Shown here in pieces: positions 13,009 to 13,326 of a stretch of 13,326 nucleotides of DNA. The first letter of the stretch is position 1; each line of letters opens with the position of its first letter. Both the position numbers and the translations under genes were made by a program. The stretch comes from a virus: UHGV virus genome UHGV-0203667. One strand, 5' to 3'. The notes below the pieces were generated by a model that saw only the letters and a list, made by a program, of their open reading frames with translations, was not told where the DNA came from and ran no database searches.

Positions 13009-13269
13009 ATGACGGGGGCTAAAGATATCAGGAGACTGAGGGAAGAGCTGATAGCTGAAATTAAAGCTAAGGCAAAGCAAATGGAGATAGCCGCGCAAAT
13101 GGATGTAGCGGAACAGATGTACAAGATGGTTGAAGAGGGAACACCACGACAGGTTATCGCTAAAACCTTCGGTGTGGGGATCGCCACCGTGCACAGAAGG
13201 CTGAAAGCCTATGCCGACTACCACAACATTGAGAGAGGGGAGGATGGGAGATTTAAGAAGAATAAATAG
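13009..13269 (+). CDS. Small DNA-binding protein (86 aa): coiled-coil-like N-terminus plus C-terminal HTH of the Hin/resolvase or sigma region-4 type (TPRQVIAKTFGVGIATVHRRLK)
   Basis: SD GAGAGGAG before ATG 13009; preceded by a tandem-duplicated RBS-ATG unit and an 8-codon upstream ORF whose stop overlaps the start (ATGA). Confidence 0.75.
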   Translation: MTGAKDIRRLREELIAEIKAKAKQMEIAAQMDVAEQMYKMVEEGTPRQVIAKTFGVGIATVHRRLKAYADYHNIERGEDGRFKKNK

Positions 13270-13300
13270 TAGGAACAGTCCAACAGGTTATTAACTAAAT

Positions 13301-13315
13301 TCAACTTCTCGCAAA
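13301..13315 (+). promoter_or_regulatory. Second copy of leader motif TCAACTTCTCGCAAA followed by SD-like AAAGGGG; downstream gene start lies beyond the window
   Basis: Exact 15-nt match to 12758-12772, 32 nt after the stop of the 13009 gene. Confidence 0.4.
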
Positions 13316-13326
13316 GGGGTACCGTC

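Noticed and set aside
12967-13224. Minus-strand ORFs 12967-13224 and 12984-13187
   Set aside because: Antisense to the 13009-13269 HTH gene, which has a good SD and a recognisable HTH motif.

Overview
This 13.3-kb window reads as a phage- or phage-satellite-derived accessory region of moderate GC content (judged by eye); the Shine-Dalgarno usage suggests a Gram-negative, probably gammaproteobacterial, host (inference). Layout from left to right: (1) 1-531, a membrane protein gene with a glycine-rich tail, followed by a clean intrinsic terminator. (2) About 566-2840, an exceptionally ORF-poor, repeat-dense 2.3-kb stretch containing phased 11-bp repeats, an iteron-like array with 23-bp periodicity and several strong hairpins. 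(3) 2840-8411, a rightward module: a small hydrophobic peptide, a near-consensus sigma70 promoter followed after about 75 nt by a terminator/attenuator, four regulator-like or hypothetical genes, then a four-gene operon ending in a 700-aa tail tape measure protein. (4) 8412-8913, a highly structured ORF-free convergent intergenic region. (5) 11978-8914 on the minus strand, a head operon (decoration-like protein, lambda gpE-like major capsid protein, three more genes) driven by a consensus promoter with a ~470-nt untranslated leader. (6) 12452-13326, a divergent control region and small rightward genes. The most unusual signals are a three-hairpin element present twice with compensatory base changes in two stems, and a recurrent motif (TCTCGCAAA) sitting in a promoter spacer and in two 5' leaders. 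No integrase, terminase, portal, protease, reverse transcriptase, cas gene or CRISPR array is recognisable. All protein family calls come from motif recall and gene context, not from database searches.
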